Below, in pieces: positions 38,125-49,274 of a stretch of DNA of 64,000 bases. The stretch is from positions 24,976 to 88,975 of the forward strand of contig SHMW01000010.1 of NCBI GenBank assembly GCA_008080735.1. The letters are read 5' to 3'. Position 1 is the stretch's first letter. Each line of letters opens with the position of its first letter. Position numbers and translations under genes: made by a program. This DNA comes from Promethearchaeota archaeon. GTDB taxonomy: Archaea; Asgardarchaeota; Lokiarchaeia; Sigyniarchaeales; SOKP01. The notes under the pieces were generated by a model. That model was not told the origin of the DNA. It ran no database searches and saw only the letters and a list, made by a program, of their open reading frames with translations.

Positions 38125-40386
38125 ATTCCACTGACGAGAATTGGTAAAAAAGATCTTGTTCCAATCATTTTGGTCAATTTGCTACTCTTCGTAAGCATCG
38201 CCTGTGCAAATATGCTCATACCATCATATGCTGCGATAAAAGAAGAGTTCGGCATCCCAGAATCATTAATCGCCATCCCCGATGCGTTTTTTGTATTAAT
38301 TAGCGCGATTTTTGCGCTTATCTGGGGATATTATACCGATCGTATCAATAGGACGAAACTCATATTTGCCGGAGCATTTTCTTGGACGGTTGGGATGTTG
38401 CTTACGGCTTTCTCTTTTAATTTGCCCATGGTAATTTTTTCCCGTATGTTAAGCGGTGCTGGACTTGGATGTGTACTGCCTGTTGGATATTCTATTATTT
38501 CCGATGCCATCCCGCCCGATGAACGATCTGGATGGTTTGGGATGCTCGCAATCCTCAGTTCCGTTTCCAATGGGATCGGGCAAGGATTATCTTCGTTTAT
38601 AGGACCTATTCTCGGGTGGCGTTTTCCGTTTTTCTTACTCTCTGGAATTAGTCTTGTAATCGTATTTTTATTGTTTTTTGTCAAGCTTCCATATCGAGGT
38701 GCTAGTGAAAACGAACTAACAGAATTAGGGGATATGAACCTGGAATATAGCTATAGAATTTCCCAAGCGGACTTAAGAGAAATACTTGGCAAAAGTACAA
38801 ATAAATATCTTATCATTCAAGGCTTCTTTTCCATCATTCCGGGAACAATTTTTATATATTTTCTTACCTCGATGTTCGCCTTATATTATTTCCATCCTCT
38901 TCCTCAAGAAATACGACTTCAGACCGCAACTATTTTTGCAGCATTAGTAGGAATCGGGTATCTCTTAGGTAATATTATCTTGTCAGCCCTTGGAGATTTC
39001 TTATTTAAAAAAAACAAGAAAAATCGAGCACGGTTGGCGACTGCGTGTATGATTCTTACTGTACCAATTTGCTTAATGATGCTGCTTTTTATTCAGCCTA
39101 TCAATTTAGGGGCTTTAGGTGTGAGCTATCCTTCTCCCATCCCAACGAGTGAGATTGGTTCTTATCTATTTGCAACCATCGGGGCGATTTTTACCGCCTA
39201 CCCTAATTATATCTTCTTTTTTATATTTGCATTAATAGGTTCAATCCTCAGCTCGGGACCAGTAGCAAATAGAAATGCTATAATGATTGATGTAAATTTA
39301 CCAGAGCATAAAGGTACGGCTGCTTCATTTTTCAATCTCTCAGAACAAATCGGTAAAGGGCTAACACTATTAATATCATTTCTCTTAATCTCTCTTTTGG
39401 GAAGTATTTACAATATGATGGTATTTTCTGTGTTTTTCTGGCTTCCCGCAGGGATATTATGGTTTTTTGCAAGTCGAAAGGTTGATGATGATATGGATAG
39501 AAAATCTCGTATTTTGAAAGAACGCAAACAAGTAACATTAATTGATTATATTTTTGAAGTAGAAATTCAAATGGATAGGGCAAAACAAAAAATTCAAGAT
39601 GCAAAATACTATATTAAAGAGGATAAGCAAAAATTTTTAAATCTCTTAAATGATGCACTCGAAATATTAGAAACATGTGAAAGGTTATGTAAAACAAGAA
39701 GCATTACCAATATCGAAACAAAAGTGAGAAAATTAAGGGAAAAGATTGAAACTGTGAGAAAAGATGTGACCCAAATTTATAAGTTACTCGAACAAGAAGA
39801 TATCTCAGAACAAAGGGCTAGGAGTTTAAATGAGGATTTAATCCAAATAAAATTATGGATGGGAGAGTGGGAAAAATCCACATTTGGTACGATACAAACC
39901 TATTATGATGATGCATACCTTAAAATCGTTGAAGCTCGTTTGCTGCGAAAAATGAATCTGATGGAAGCATTGAGAAAAATTCAAAATGCCATCAGCATTT
40001 ATCATCGAGTCAAACATTTACTTAGCGAAAGAATTGATAATGTAGACAAGAAAAAAGATTTATCTGATGAAGATTTAATGGAATATGAGAAAGAGATGGA
40101 ATTATATAGAAAATCTCGTGATGCATTATGGGCTACAATTCATTTAAAAAATCAGGTTCAGAATATTATCGAGAAATTAAATGAAAATGGAATTGAACGA
40201 GAAAACTTAGAAAAAATTTCTGATCTTACATCAGAATACCATATAAATTTTCAAAAAGTCATATTAGATACATTTGCTGAAAATCAAAAAACCCGGGAAA
40301 AATTAAAATCCATATTGAATGATATAAACAGAAGTTTCAATGAGTTTGATGAGTTATATGAACTTCAAGATCTCCACATTTTCTAA
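38125..40386 (+). CDS. MFS transporter fused to a long C-terminal helical domain
   Basis: WGYYTDRINR, SDAIPPDERS, DVNLPEHKGTA; the last ~300 aa are soluble and charged. Start is uncertain: ATT 38125 or TTG 38170. Confidence 0.85.
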   Translation: MPLTRIGKKDLVPIILVNLLLFVSIACANMLIPSYAAIKEEFGIPESLIAIPDAFFVLISAIFALIWGYYTDRINRTKLIFAGAFSWTVGMLLTAFSFNLPMVIFSRMLSGAGLGCVLPVGYSIISDAIPPDERSGWFGMLAILSSVSNGIGQGLSSFIGPILGWRFPFFLLSGISLVIVFLLFFVKLPYRGASENELTELGDMNLEYSYRISQADLREILGKSTNKYLIIQGFFSIIPGTIFIYFLTSMFALYYFHPLPQEIRLQTATIFAALVGIGYLLGNIILSALGDFLFKKNKKNRARLATACMILTVPICLMMLLFIQPINLGALGVSYPSPIPTSEIGSYLFATIGAIFTAYPNYIFFFIFALIGSILSSGPVANRNAIMIDVNLPEHKGTAASFFNLSEQIGKGLTLLISFLLISLLGSIYNMMVFSVFFWLPAGILWFFASRKVDDDMDRKSRILKERKQVTLIDYIFEVEIQMDRAKQKIQDAKYYIKEDKQKFLNLLNDALEILETCERLCKTRSITNIETKVRKLREKIETVRKDVTQIYKLLEQEDISEQRARSLNEDLIQIKLWMGEWEKSTFGTIQTYYDDAYLKIVEARLLRKMNLMEALRKIQNAISIYHRVKHLLSERIDNVDKKKDLSDEDLMEYEKEMELYRKSRDALWATIHLKNQVQNIIEKLNENGIERENLEKISDLTSEYHINFQKVILDTFAENQKTREKLKSILNDINRSFNEFDELYELQDLHIF

Positions 40387-40438
40387 ACACCTTAACCCCT
40401 TTACCCTGTTAAATAGATCCTAACTAATCCTTATTCAT

Positions 40439-40777
40439 TCAATTTAAAAGTGTTGAATATTCTGCTTTCAATAGAACCTTGTAACTTTCTTTTTCACCTT
40501 CATTGAGCTCTTTCGGTGATTTTCCTTTTGAATGATAATGATCTGGTTGGTCGAAATCAAAGCAGAGATTTATTAAAAAGAGCAAACAATTTTTCACTCG
40601 CTCATAGTTTTCTGCCTCTCTATCAAGATGGTCCATCAGCTTGACCAGATACTTTGAATTATATAACCATTTTTCCTTGTTATATTCTTTCATGCCATTT
40701 TCTCCTAATTCGTTATAAAATTTCAATATCTCATCAAAACAATCTTCCATTTTCATTATCTTTTTTTTCATTCTCAA
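40439..40777 (-). CDS. Hypothetical protein
   Basis: 112-aa ORF with typical composition; several ATG start options. Confidence 0.6.
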   Translation of the reverse strand: MRMKKKIMKMEDCFDEILKFYNELGENGMKEYNKEKWLYNSKYLVKLMDHLDREAENYERVKNCLLFLINLCFDFDQPDHYHSKGKSPKELNEGEKESYKVLLKAEYSTLLN

Positions 40778-41055
40778 CCATTTTTATTGAATGCATGGAT
40801 TCACATAAAAAAATACCTTTAAAAAGATATCTATATTCCATTTTTCCCTTGAAAATTAGGAAATCTTTTTATGAAACCCCTTAAAGCACCCTATTACAAA
40901 TTAGTAAAACTTCTATTAAAAAACAGATCCTAATAGATTAAAAATTATTAGGAGGAAGATAGAGGTTTTTCTAGGGCGGCATTTGGAAAATGTGATATTT
41001 TCCAATAAGATAAATTTTGGAAATAATCTAACTTAAGATTTAAAAAAAGATGATA

Positions 41056-41604
41056 TTATGCTTCAATTTTTTCAATGAAGTTTTCGATATCTTGCTCAAG
41101 TTCGTCTACATCTTCGATTTCTTTAATTTCACTACTCGCAAGTTTGTTTAAGAATTCTTTTAGCATTTTTTCTTTTTCTTTATCAGTGGGGAATAAGAGA
41201 GAACTTTTATAATGCTCCCAATCCAAGATATTGGTGAATATTAAGAAGAGTGTTTCCATATGACTGTATTCGATCAAGGATAATACCTTATCTTTTGTAA
41301 TCAGGTTCTTTGTAGAATCCTTATAAAAGTTGCTCAAATCGTTATAGTAGTTTGTAAGCCTCGCGATATTATCCAGTTGTGCTTGGAGTGCTGCTTGATT
41401 TATGGGACTGTCCTTATCTTGGTACATGATTTCGAAGTAATTTGAAATGAAGTCTTTAAGCTTCTGAAGTTTCATTTGGAAGAGTCGTGTCTTCACTATT
41501 CGTTCAAACAGAGGACTTTCCTTATATTTATAAAACTTTAGCTCGAACTTCACGAGATCAAGAATATCAAAAAACAATTCTCTGACATTTATATCTTCAG
41601 CCAT
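41056..41604 (-). CDS. Hypothetical protein
   Basis: 182-aa helical ORF preceded by a GGGGT RBS-like sequence. Confidence 0.75.
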   Translation of the reverse strand: MAEDINVRELFFDILDLVKFELKFYKYKESPLFERIVKTRLFQMKLQKLKDFISNYFEIMYQDKDSPINQAALQAQLDNIARLTNYYNDLSNFYKDSTKNLITKDKVLSLIEYSHMETLFLIFTNILDWEHYKSSLLFPTDKEKEKMLKEFLNKLASSEIKEIEDVDELEQDIENFIEKIEA

Positions 41605-41999
41605 CTATTTTACCCCTATAATTATGATTTATTACAATAATATTTAACCCAAACTCCTATAAAAATGATTTGTTTATGTTTTTTATAGATATTGAATAAT
41701 AGCTAAGTTCTTCTAATATTCCATTTTATAAAAAACATTCTTCACATGAAATATCCTTTCTGCGAGAATTAGTCAAAACATATATTGATTGAAATAAGTG
41801 ACATCCTTGGCACAAGTTTAATTTGATTAAAAAACCCAATCCGACAATAAGATATTTTGTGATATCGCAACAGACAAACCGAGAATGAGTATATATTTTA
41901 ACAATTAATTGATAATATTTAATAGTAAGGAGTTAGGTAGTTGGAAAAGACGTACCACTTTTTCAAGGTATAAATACAAGTTTTGGGGTATTTTTTAAG

Positions 42000-42602
42000 A
42001 TGATGAATAGTAGAGATAAAAAGGATAGAGTGAAATGTGAAATTGCAAATATTTTTATGAAAATCTCATGTGAGAACTCTAATAATGATGAATTAAATGA
42101 GATTGCGAAGCAAACCATTCAAGAAGAAACGAAAGGAGAATTTAATAATTATCTTGAGCTAACAACGATTTGGTTTCAATCAATAATTGGTCTTAAAACC
42201 TCACCTTCTACGGGCAGATCCGATAATCGTAAAATGGCGCATGTTTCTTTGAATAAACTATTAAATAAGGTGAATGAATTTCACGATTTTATCTCTGCAA
42301 ATGAATTATACTTGGAGTTTCTCCCTCAAATTAAGCAGCGTTATGTAAATATAATAACTAATTGTCCTGAAGCAGAGAGAATCTTAGACCAATTTAAAAA
42401 TGTCGCAAATAGGAATTTGGAAAAAGTTAACCTTCTTGAAAGCGATTTCCGATTGTTATTAAACCATCTGGGAATATTTCCAGAGGATCGAACCATGAGC
42501 GATAGGGAACGCCATAAAAACCTGAAAATAATGGATTCTCTGATTAAAATGATTATTTTGCTCCATAAACCTATCGGAAGTGTATATTCAAGATTTCAGT
42601 AA
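42000..42602 (+). CDS. Hypothetical protein
   Basis: 200-aa ORF. Confidence 0.65.
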   Translation: MMNSRDKKDRVKCEIANIFMKISCENSNNDELNEIAKQTIQEETKGEFNNYLELTTIWFQSIIGLKTSPSTGRSDNRKMAHVSLNKLLNKVNEFHDFISANELYLEFLPQIKQRYVNIITNCPEAERILDQFKNVANRNLEKVNLLESDFRLLLNHLGIFPEDRTMSDRERHKNLKIMDSLIKMIILLHKPIGSVYSRFQ

Positions 42603-42726
42603 GTGGTCTTTAATTTTTTTGTTCTTTTCCTTTTATCTTTTGTTTATAAAAATTGTGAAAAATAGAAGTAGACATATCAAACAGACTTAATATTTCAATT
42701 CAATAGGATTAATTTAGTGATATAGT

Positions 42727-42996
42727 ATGGAGAAATCGGATAAAAAATCGTTTCTCTCAATGATGGGTAATGTGATAGGATATATTGCCTTACTTGGCTC
42801 AACCATCTGGGTGCTCAGAGCTTTTATAATAATCGCCACACAAGGCTATATTATGGCTTATGAAACAAATTCTTTGGTGTTGGGATTCGAGATTTTTATG
42901 ATGTGCTGCATTTTGGGATTTGGTATCTTTAGATTGATAGGATACTTGAAAAACAAGGTTAAAGAATTTAAGTCTTTGAAATGGAAAAAATGTTAG
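42727..42996 (+). CDS. Small two-TM membrane protein
   Basis: Two hydrophobic helices and a basic tail. Confidence 0.65.
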   Translation: MEKSDKKSFLSMMGNVIGYIALLGSTIWVLRAFIIIATQGYIMAYETNSLVLGFEIFMMCCILGFGIFRLIGYLKNKVKEFKSLKWKKC

Positions 42997-43184
42997 CTAA
43001 TGAAGATGTTTTATCGGCTCATAGAAAAATAAAGAAGGGAGAAAATAGAAAAGTCGGGAAGGTCAAAAATACAGGGGAGATTGACGAATATTTTAAGAAA
43101 AAGAAAGTTTTTGAGACTTTTTTTAAGTAATAAGTGATGATTCTTCTTTAAGATTAAAGATGTAAGAATAGTGGGCGAGAGCGT

Positions 43185-44051
43185 TTATCCTTCTCCCTTA
43201 AAGATAAAATCACGAATCGAGGAGATCACTAGTTCGGGATCATCATGCATTACCCAATGTGAGGAATCTTCGCTCTTCACGATTTTTAAATCACCTACGT
43301 AGTCCGAAAGACCTTCCAATACCACTGGTTTGACATAATTATCCTTCATTCCAAAAATAACTAAAGTAGGCACACGAATCTTTCCCGTCCAATCCTCATA
43401 ACGTCTATTTGCCCTATAATAATTTACAGATGTTTCCAACACATCTGGTTGAGACCACGCATCAAGGTACATGGCTTTGTCCTCCTCTGAGAAAGCATCT
43501 TTATTTCTCGCATTCTGGAAAGTGGCAAATCTGAGCATCTGAAAGTCCTCACGCATGAGCAATTCATCGCTTCCTTCCTTAATCAATTGGGATATATATC
43601 CGCTCGCTTTTTTCTGGCTCTTATTCTTTTGAATTTTATCTCGAAATACTTTATAATGAGGTGCATTAAGGATAATTAACTTATTGAGCTTGTCAGGATA
43701 TTTTTCCGCAACGGCCCAAGCAATCACACCCCCCCAATCATGCCCCGCTAGATTGAATGTGTTTAATTCTAATTTCTCACTTAGATGTTTTATGTCTTCT
43801 ACAAGAATTCTTAGATCATACTCTTCCACTTGTGTTGGCTTATCGGATAAATTAAACCCTTTTAAGTCTGGAACAACCAATCTGAATTCATCTTTCAGCC
43901 CAGAAATAATGTTTTTCCAACCGTACCAAAAATCAGGAAATCCATGTAATAGCATCAAGGGTGGTGCCTCTTCTGGACCAGCCAGCACTACATGAAGGCT
44001 CACTCCATTAATTTTCACATATGTTTCTTCAACATCGGAATTCAAATTCAT
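43185..44051 (-). CDS. Alpha/beta hydrolase (epoxide hydrolase-like)
   Basis: LLHGFPDFW, GHDWGG nucleophile, NAPH, YYRA, SHWV. Confidence 0.92.
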   Translation of the reverse strand: MNLNSDVEETYVKINGVSLHVVLAGPEEAPPLMLLHGFPDFWYGWKNIISGLKDEFRLVVPDLKGFNLSDKPTQVEEYDLRILVEDIKHLSEKLELNTFNLAGHDWGGVIAWAVAEKYPDKLNKLIILNAPHYKVFRDKIQKNKSQKKASGYISQLIKEGSDELLMREDFQMLRFATFQNARNKDAFSEEDKAMYLDAWSQPDVLETSVNYYRANRRYEDWTGKIRVPTLVIFGMKDNYVKPVVLEGLSDYVGDLKIVKSEDSSHWVMHDDPELVISSIRDFIFKGEG

Positions 44052-44089
44052 TTTACCATCATCTTAGAAATAATGAATACACCATTAAA

Positions 44090-45019
44090 TTATCTTGCTA
44101 AATAGTTTTTAAACATTATTGCTATGCGATGAGTTTTTAAGATGTGTATAGGAGAACGTAGCATAAACCAAAGATCTTCCGAAGGATGATCTCTTAGAGC
44201 TAAAAATTTTTTATAAAACTTTTTACTCTTGTTCGAAGGGTTTTTTTGAGAGTTTAGAAAGAGACGGGAAATAATTTTATCCAAAGTCGATGCTTCCTCG
44301 AAGGCATAATAATTTGAAGCTCGCAATGACCATTTAACTGCTTCTAATTGGTATTTAATTGCTTTTAATGAACGGAATGGTGATATTAAAAGAGAGAAGA
44401 AAGATATCATTAGATTCATAACTAAACTCTTGAGAATATCAGCGACAGGGACATCGAGTTTATTTGTGATTTGATCTATCGAAGTACCGCATAAGGTTTT
44501 ATTGCTCTCAATAACATTATTAAGTACAATGTTTCTTGGGGCAAATAAGAGACTAAAAACACGATTGACGCCAAATATTTTGCAAAAATCTTTTTTTCGT
44601 ACATATCTTTCCTTGGTAAGGAAATGACTGATAAACATACCCGTTGATTGCTGTATTGCTATTAATGCTTTTTTCGGGAGAGACCCATCTTGATCACGGA
44701 ATTTATGTTTTATTTCTAACGTTATAATGCTTTTCTCACACTGCTTCATCAATTTCGAAGGTGTATCGTTTGAAAGAATGATCAGCAAATCGCAATCAGA
44801 CACGCTATTATTATCAAATTTTTTCGGAATTTGGCTCCCAAACAAGGTTAATGAGATGAGAGATTCTAACCCAATATGTAGCTGAATAATTCTCAGTACA
44901 TCTTTAATATAATTCTGTGATTTTTCGTTAAGTTCACTTAATTTCGAATTAAGCTCTTGGGTGATACTATATTTTATGTTTCCTTCATCTCGTATTTTGA
45001 ATACATGACAAGAAATACA
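44090..45019 (-). CDS. Nucleotidyltransferase (Pol-beta superfamily) domain protein, start codon unresolved
   Basis: Frame is open 58 codons upstream of TTG 44845 (...YIKDVLRIIQLHIGLESLISLTLFGSQ...SDCDLLII); hGS...DxD motif. Confidence 0.65.
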   Translation of the reverse strand, partial: CISCHVFKIRDEGNIKYSITQELNSKLSELNEKSQNYIKDVLRIIQLHIGLESLISLTLFGSQIPKKFDNNSVSDCDLLIILSNDTPSKLMKQCEKSIITLEIKHKFRDQDGSLPKKALIAIQQSTGMFISHFLTKERYVRKKDFCKIFGVNRVFSLLFAPRNIVLNNVIESNKTLCGTSIDQITNKLDVPVADILKSLVMNLMISFFSLLISPFRSLKAIKYQLEAVKWSLRASNYYAFEEASTLDKIISRLFLNSQKNPSNKSKKFYKKFLALRDHPSEDLWFMLRSPIHILKTHRIAIMFKNYLAR

Positions 45020-45101
45020 TTAAAGAGTATTAAATTTTAGAAATTGTAAAAAATGAAAAAATGAAGGTGTGTTAAAATAAGAATAAATAGATAGAGTTTA
45101 A

Positions 45102-47111
45102 TTAGATACGGTTTCCCGATTTATAACCCTTTTCAATTGCTTCCAAGGCCGTTTCAGGTTTTCTCGCTGAACCGATTTTTTGTACATCGATGCCTAATTT
45201 CTTAATCGGTTTATAGAGCTGGTCATTGGACCTTACCCCAGTAGCATAATAGACTTTATCCACGTTATCGATAATTTGGTCCACACCTTCCTTATCTTCG
45301 TATTTCACATAGTCATCGCCAATCTCTGTGACATTGACATTTGCCAATTTCTCGACTCCAAGCTTATCAACTTTATCTAACAACACCCATTTTGTTGTTT
45401 TACCCAAAATTGAACCAAATTTAGGGAGTCGCTCGAGAAGGGTAACTTTATTTTTCCCTCGGTATAACATATCCATCGCCACATCACTTTCCAAAGCATC
45501 GTAAAAGGTTAAGAATTTAAACTCTTCACAAGATAATGATCCAAATTCAGCAAGATAGATGGCTAATTCGATTCCTGTAGCACCACCGCCAATTATAACA
45601 TTATTTCTGCCCACGGGAGCATCTTTTGTGAACACATCATTGGCCCAATACACATGGTCTTTATCTATTCCTGGTATCTTTGGTTTAATAGGAATAGATC
45701 CAGTTGCGAGGAACACCGCATCGGGGTTGAATTCTTGAACTGTTTCCAAGGTGACCTCATTATTGAGGTTTACATCTATATTCAATTTATTGATCCAATA
45801 CGTATAATCGTCGATCATTCGCTTGAACTCATTCCTACCGGGTGGAATCCAAATTACATTAATTAACCCACCAATTTTATCTTCTTTCTCAAATATCGTT
45901 ACATCATGCCCTCGCTTTGCTGCGATGCGTGCTGCTTCTAGTCCAGCAGGTCCAGCTCCAATTACCATAATTCTTTTCTTTTCCTCTATGGGATTTAATT
46001 CTCGTCTCTGCTCATCAGCCGCTCTAGCATTTCTTAAACATGTGATTGGTTTCAGGGCAAATACATGATCGAAACATCCTTGATTGCACGCTACACAATG
46101 GATAATAGAATGGAGGTCCCTATCTTTCGCTTTTTGAGGTAGAAACGGGTCCGCAATTAGGGCTCTTCCCATACAAATCGCATCGGCTTTCCCAGCTAGC
46201 AAAGTTTCTTCTGCAACAATCGGGTCATTTATCCGATTGGATGAGAATATGGGAATTTTTACACGCCGTTTGATATTTTCAGCAAGATAGGTATAGGCTC
46301 CTTCTGGAACATCCATAGTTAGTTGCGGTACTTTAGTTTCATGCCATCCACCAGTCACATTAAAATAGTCCAATAAATCGGCTAATTCCTCTGCTACCAC
46401 GCCCTTTTCTTTATAAGTATTACTTCCAGGGACAAAATCATCTCCAGAAATACGATATCCGATAATATAATCATCAACAGCCATTCTCATAAGTTCTATT
46501 GTCTCTTTTGGGAATCGTAAGCGATCTTCTAGATCTCCGCCATATTCATCAGTACGTTTGTTAGTTTTTGGAGAGATAAATTGATCCATTAAATAACCTG
46601 CATTTGCACATATTTCAACCGCATCGAATCCCGCTTTTTTCGCTCGGACAGCCGCATCGGCAAAGGCTTGTTGCTCACGTTTTATATCTTCATGCGTCAT
46701 TTTTCGAGGTGTGGTATTACTGAAATTACTATACACCTCTGACGGTGCGATTGGTTGTTTGCCGATTATTTGTGGAAATGCATATGCCCCACCATGATAT
46801 AATTGACAGCAAACTTTGACGTCGTCTCGTGCACTGTGAACCGCTTCAGTAAACTCTTGTAATCCGGGAATAAATTTATCATCATCTACAGCAATCATCG
46901 ATGGCAATCCCTTTCCATAGATGTCTACATAGCACCCACCGATAATGAGCATTCCAGCTCCACCTCTAGCACGTTCTACATAAAAATCTATGAGTCTGTC
47001 GGTGATAGCTCCCTGGTCCGCCAATCCTAAATGCATTGCCGGCATAATGATTCGATTCGAAATTTCAGTGGTTCTAATTTTAAACGGAGTAAATAGTTTA
47101 AAGAACTTCAT
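45102..47111 (-). CDS. fadH: 2,4-dienoyl-CoA reductase-like NADH:flavin oxidoreductase
   Basis: OYE barrel (NRIIMPAMH, ERARGG, AGFDAVEI, RTDEYGG), CVACNQGCFD Fe-S motif, GAGPAGLEAA. Confidence 0.82.
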   Translation of the reverse strand: MKFFKLFTPFKIRTTEISNRIIMPAMHLGLADQGAITDRLIDFYVERARGGAGMLIIGGCYVDIYGKGLPSMIAVDDDKFIPGLQEFTEAVHSARDDVKVCCQLYHGGAYAFPQIIGKQPIAPSEVYSNFSNTTPRKMTHEDIKREQQAFADAAVRAKKAGFDAVEICANAGYLMDQFISPKTNKRTDEYGGDLEDRLRFPKETIELMRMAVDDYIIGYRISGDDFVPGSNTYKEKGVVAEELADLLDYFNVTGGWHETKVPQLTMDVPEGAYTYLAENIKRRVKIPIFSSNRINDPIVAEETLLAGKADAICMGRALIADPFLPQKAKDRDLHSIIHCVACNQGCFDHVFALKPITCLRNARAADEQRRELNPIEEKKRIMVIGAGPAGLEAARIAAKRGHDVTIFEKEDKIGGLINVIWIPPGRNEFKRMIDDYTYWINKLNIDVNLNNEVTLETVQEFNPDAVFLATGSIPIKPKIPGIDKDHVYWANDVFTKDAPVGRNNVIIGGGATGIELAIYLAEFGSLSCEEFKFLTFYDALESDVAMDMLYRGKNKVTLLERLPKFGSILGKTTKWVLLDKVDKLGVEKLANVNVTEIGDDYVKYEDKEGVDQIIDNVDKVYYATGVRSNDQLYKPIKKLGIDVQKIGSARKPETALEAIEKGYKSGNRI

Positions 47112-47335
47112 TTATTTTTCCTCTAAATTTTGTTTTATACTAATAATTAAACTATAATCTTTGAAATATATAATTTTATAATTTTGAAAAAATGAATTTT
47201 CATTCTTGAAGATTTCAGAAATTTTTATTTTAACTTTTTTATTTATATAATCTGAGATTGGAGTTATCATACTTTTTACTTAATTATGATAGGATAGTCA
47301 CTTAAAATTCTAATATAAGAAAAAATCGTTAAGAA

Positions 47336-48124
47336 CTAGCGAAAATAAGAATCTACACCCTTATCCTTCTGATATTCTTTCATAAAATGATTGGCTTGCT
47401 CCTTAAACTTATCGAGCATATCTTCCATCTCCTCGATTTTTTTGTCAAGCTCAGAGTAATCCATATCTATATGAAAGTAGTCCTTTATAATGGTGACTAG
47501 AGATTTTGAGGCTTTAGGATCGAGATTTATCATTCTGAGTGGTAAGGTTTCAGCTAAGAGGCAAATTCCTGATGCAAAATTATTTTTCCCCGCCCATGCG
47601 GGTAAAATCCCGTTTGCTCCCGCTATAACACCGCTTTCCATTAGTTCTGTATGCTCAAATTCTAAAAAACTCTCGGCAAGAGACTTATCTGTACCAGACA
47701 CGAATACTGTCGGCACTTCTTTGTCAGTAGATTTATCGGACACCATTGCCCCCGCACTTAAATACATTCGAATATTCCCCTCAGTTAATTTATCCATTTG
47801 TTCACAAAACTGCTTTGAAAATTCAAATACTCCTTCTGGTGATTGTGGTTGGTAATCTCCTGTTAGGACAAAGATATCTCCCTCTTCCCGTGCTTTATAG
47901 TATAATTTGGCGGTGGGGATATCTAATGCACCTTTTTCAACAGAACTTTTGGGAGGGAAATCAAAATATTGAATTTCATAGACTAACTCCGCGTCTATTG
48001 AATCTTTAATGGAACTTATTGCCAATTTACCAACTAAGGCGATACCTGGCCAGCCTATTAATACTGTAGGATTATTTAGCTGCTCTGGGTCAATTTCACG
48101 TTTCTTGTCGAAAAATATATACAT
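47336..48124 (-). CDS. Proteasome assembly chaperone (PAC2) family protein
   Basis: GWPGIALVGKLA, LTGDYQP, IAGANGIL, CLLAET...DPKAS. Confidence 0.85.
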   Translation of the reverse strand: MYIFFDKKREIDPEQLNNPTVLIGWPGIALVGKLAISSIKDSIDAELVYEIQYFDFPPKSSVEKGALDIPTAKLYYKAREEGDIFVLTGDYQPQSPEGVFEFSKQFCEQMDKLTEGNIRMYLSAGAMVSDKSTDKEVPTVFVSGTDKSLAESFLEFEHTELMESGVIAGANGILPAWAGKNNFASGICLLAETLPLRMINLDPKASKSLVTIIKDYFHIDMDYSELDKKIEEMEDMLDKFKEQANHFMKEYQKDKGVDSYFR

Positions 48125-48263
48125 ATTAATTCTAATTTAACCTTCTAATTTAATTTTTTTTCTATTGCGTATATTATCTTCGAAATATTTTTCAGAATTT
48201 CTCTAATTTACTAAATTCGGAAAAAAATGAAAGTATAATAAAAATAATAATAGATTTAAAACA

Positions 48264-49274
48264 TTATTCAAATCGAAGAGATCTACCGCAATTTGGACAT
48301 TCATCGATAATTTCTTTAATTCTTTCTCCGCAGTAAGGACAGAACATACCTTCTTTAAGTTGGAATGGCTTAGATGATCGTGCTTTCGCTTTCCACCCGG
48401 AAGGCTCAGGAATTCCAGTAATTATTCCTTTTTCTTTAAGATTAAGTGCAAATAATGGAGTTAATAGGCACAACATAAGGGGTGTTAATAATATATTGAC
48501 CAACTGATAACTGAGGCTATAGAATAAGAGCATAAAATAATTTCTCGTTGCCGGATTTAACCAACTAATATAGGTCGCATTATTCACAGGCCAAATTATA
48601 TCTAAGAGTAATGTATAGGGGAAATTAATCATCGCTGTGATAATTAAACTTAATACCGCAATTCCAATAATTTGTAAAAAAGAGCCTTTCGCAATCGATC
48701 TCGCGTTTGAAATTGAGTTATCAAATTCATCTGCACTATAAGTGAATATAGAGAATATAAAATAGCCAAAAATAAGGATTCCGGGGATTAGTAAAAATAT
48801 AAGCCCAAAAGGAAATCCAATTCCTAAAATAAGGATGACGAGGAGAAGGTTAAAATTTACTCTATCTTTCATAGTTTCCCATAGATCAACATCCCGATTC
48901 AGATACATTTGGTAAAGGTAGTAACCAACTAAACAAAAGCCAAAGATCGTAAAGATATTATCAATTAGAAGCTGAAATATCATATTGCCAATAAATAAGG
49001 CGAAATATTGAATTAAAATATCATAATTTTCTTGTGAAGGCATTTCGCCCGTTTCTATAATCTGGTCCAAAATTGTATTTGCTTGTCCACTTAGCAAACT
49101 TTCTTGATAAAGGAGATCGGGTAAAAGAAAGGTGGTGAGAATAATCGGGATAATCGAAAGGAGAAATAAGGGTATAATTACCTTAGCATATGAATTTTTG
49201 AAAAAGGTTAAACCATCCAAAAAAATATCAAGAAATCGTCTATTTGATCCTCCCTGAGTATTATAAAAAGCCAT
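48264..49274 (-). CDS. Multi-pass membrane protein with C-terminal zinc ribbon
   Basis: Several TM helices, LLIPGIL; FCPYCG...CPNCG. Confidence 0.75.
   Translation of the reverse strand: MAFYNTQGGSNRRFLDIFLDGLTFFKNSYAKVIIPLFLLSIIPIILTTFLLPDLLYQESLLSGQANTILDQIIETGEMPSQENYDILIQYFALFIGNMIFQLLIDNIFTIFGFCLVGYYLYQMYLNRDVDLWETMKDRVNFNLLLVILILGIGFPFGLIFLLIPGILIFGYFIFSIFTYSADEFDNSISNARSIAKGSFLQIIGIAVLSLIITAMINFPYTLLLDIIWPVNNATYISWLNPATRNYFMLLFYSLSYQLVNILLTPLMLCLLTPLFALNLKEKGIITGIPEPSGWKAKARSSKPFQLKEGMFCPYCGERIKEIIDECPNCGRSLRFE

Noticed and set aside
42981-43130. 49-aa Lys-rich ORF overlapping the end of 42727-42996
   Set aside because: No motif or paralog support; may be real but cannot be supported from sequence alone
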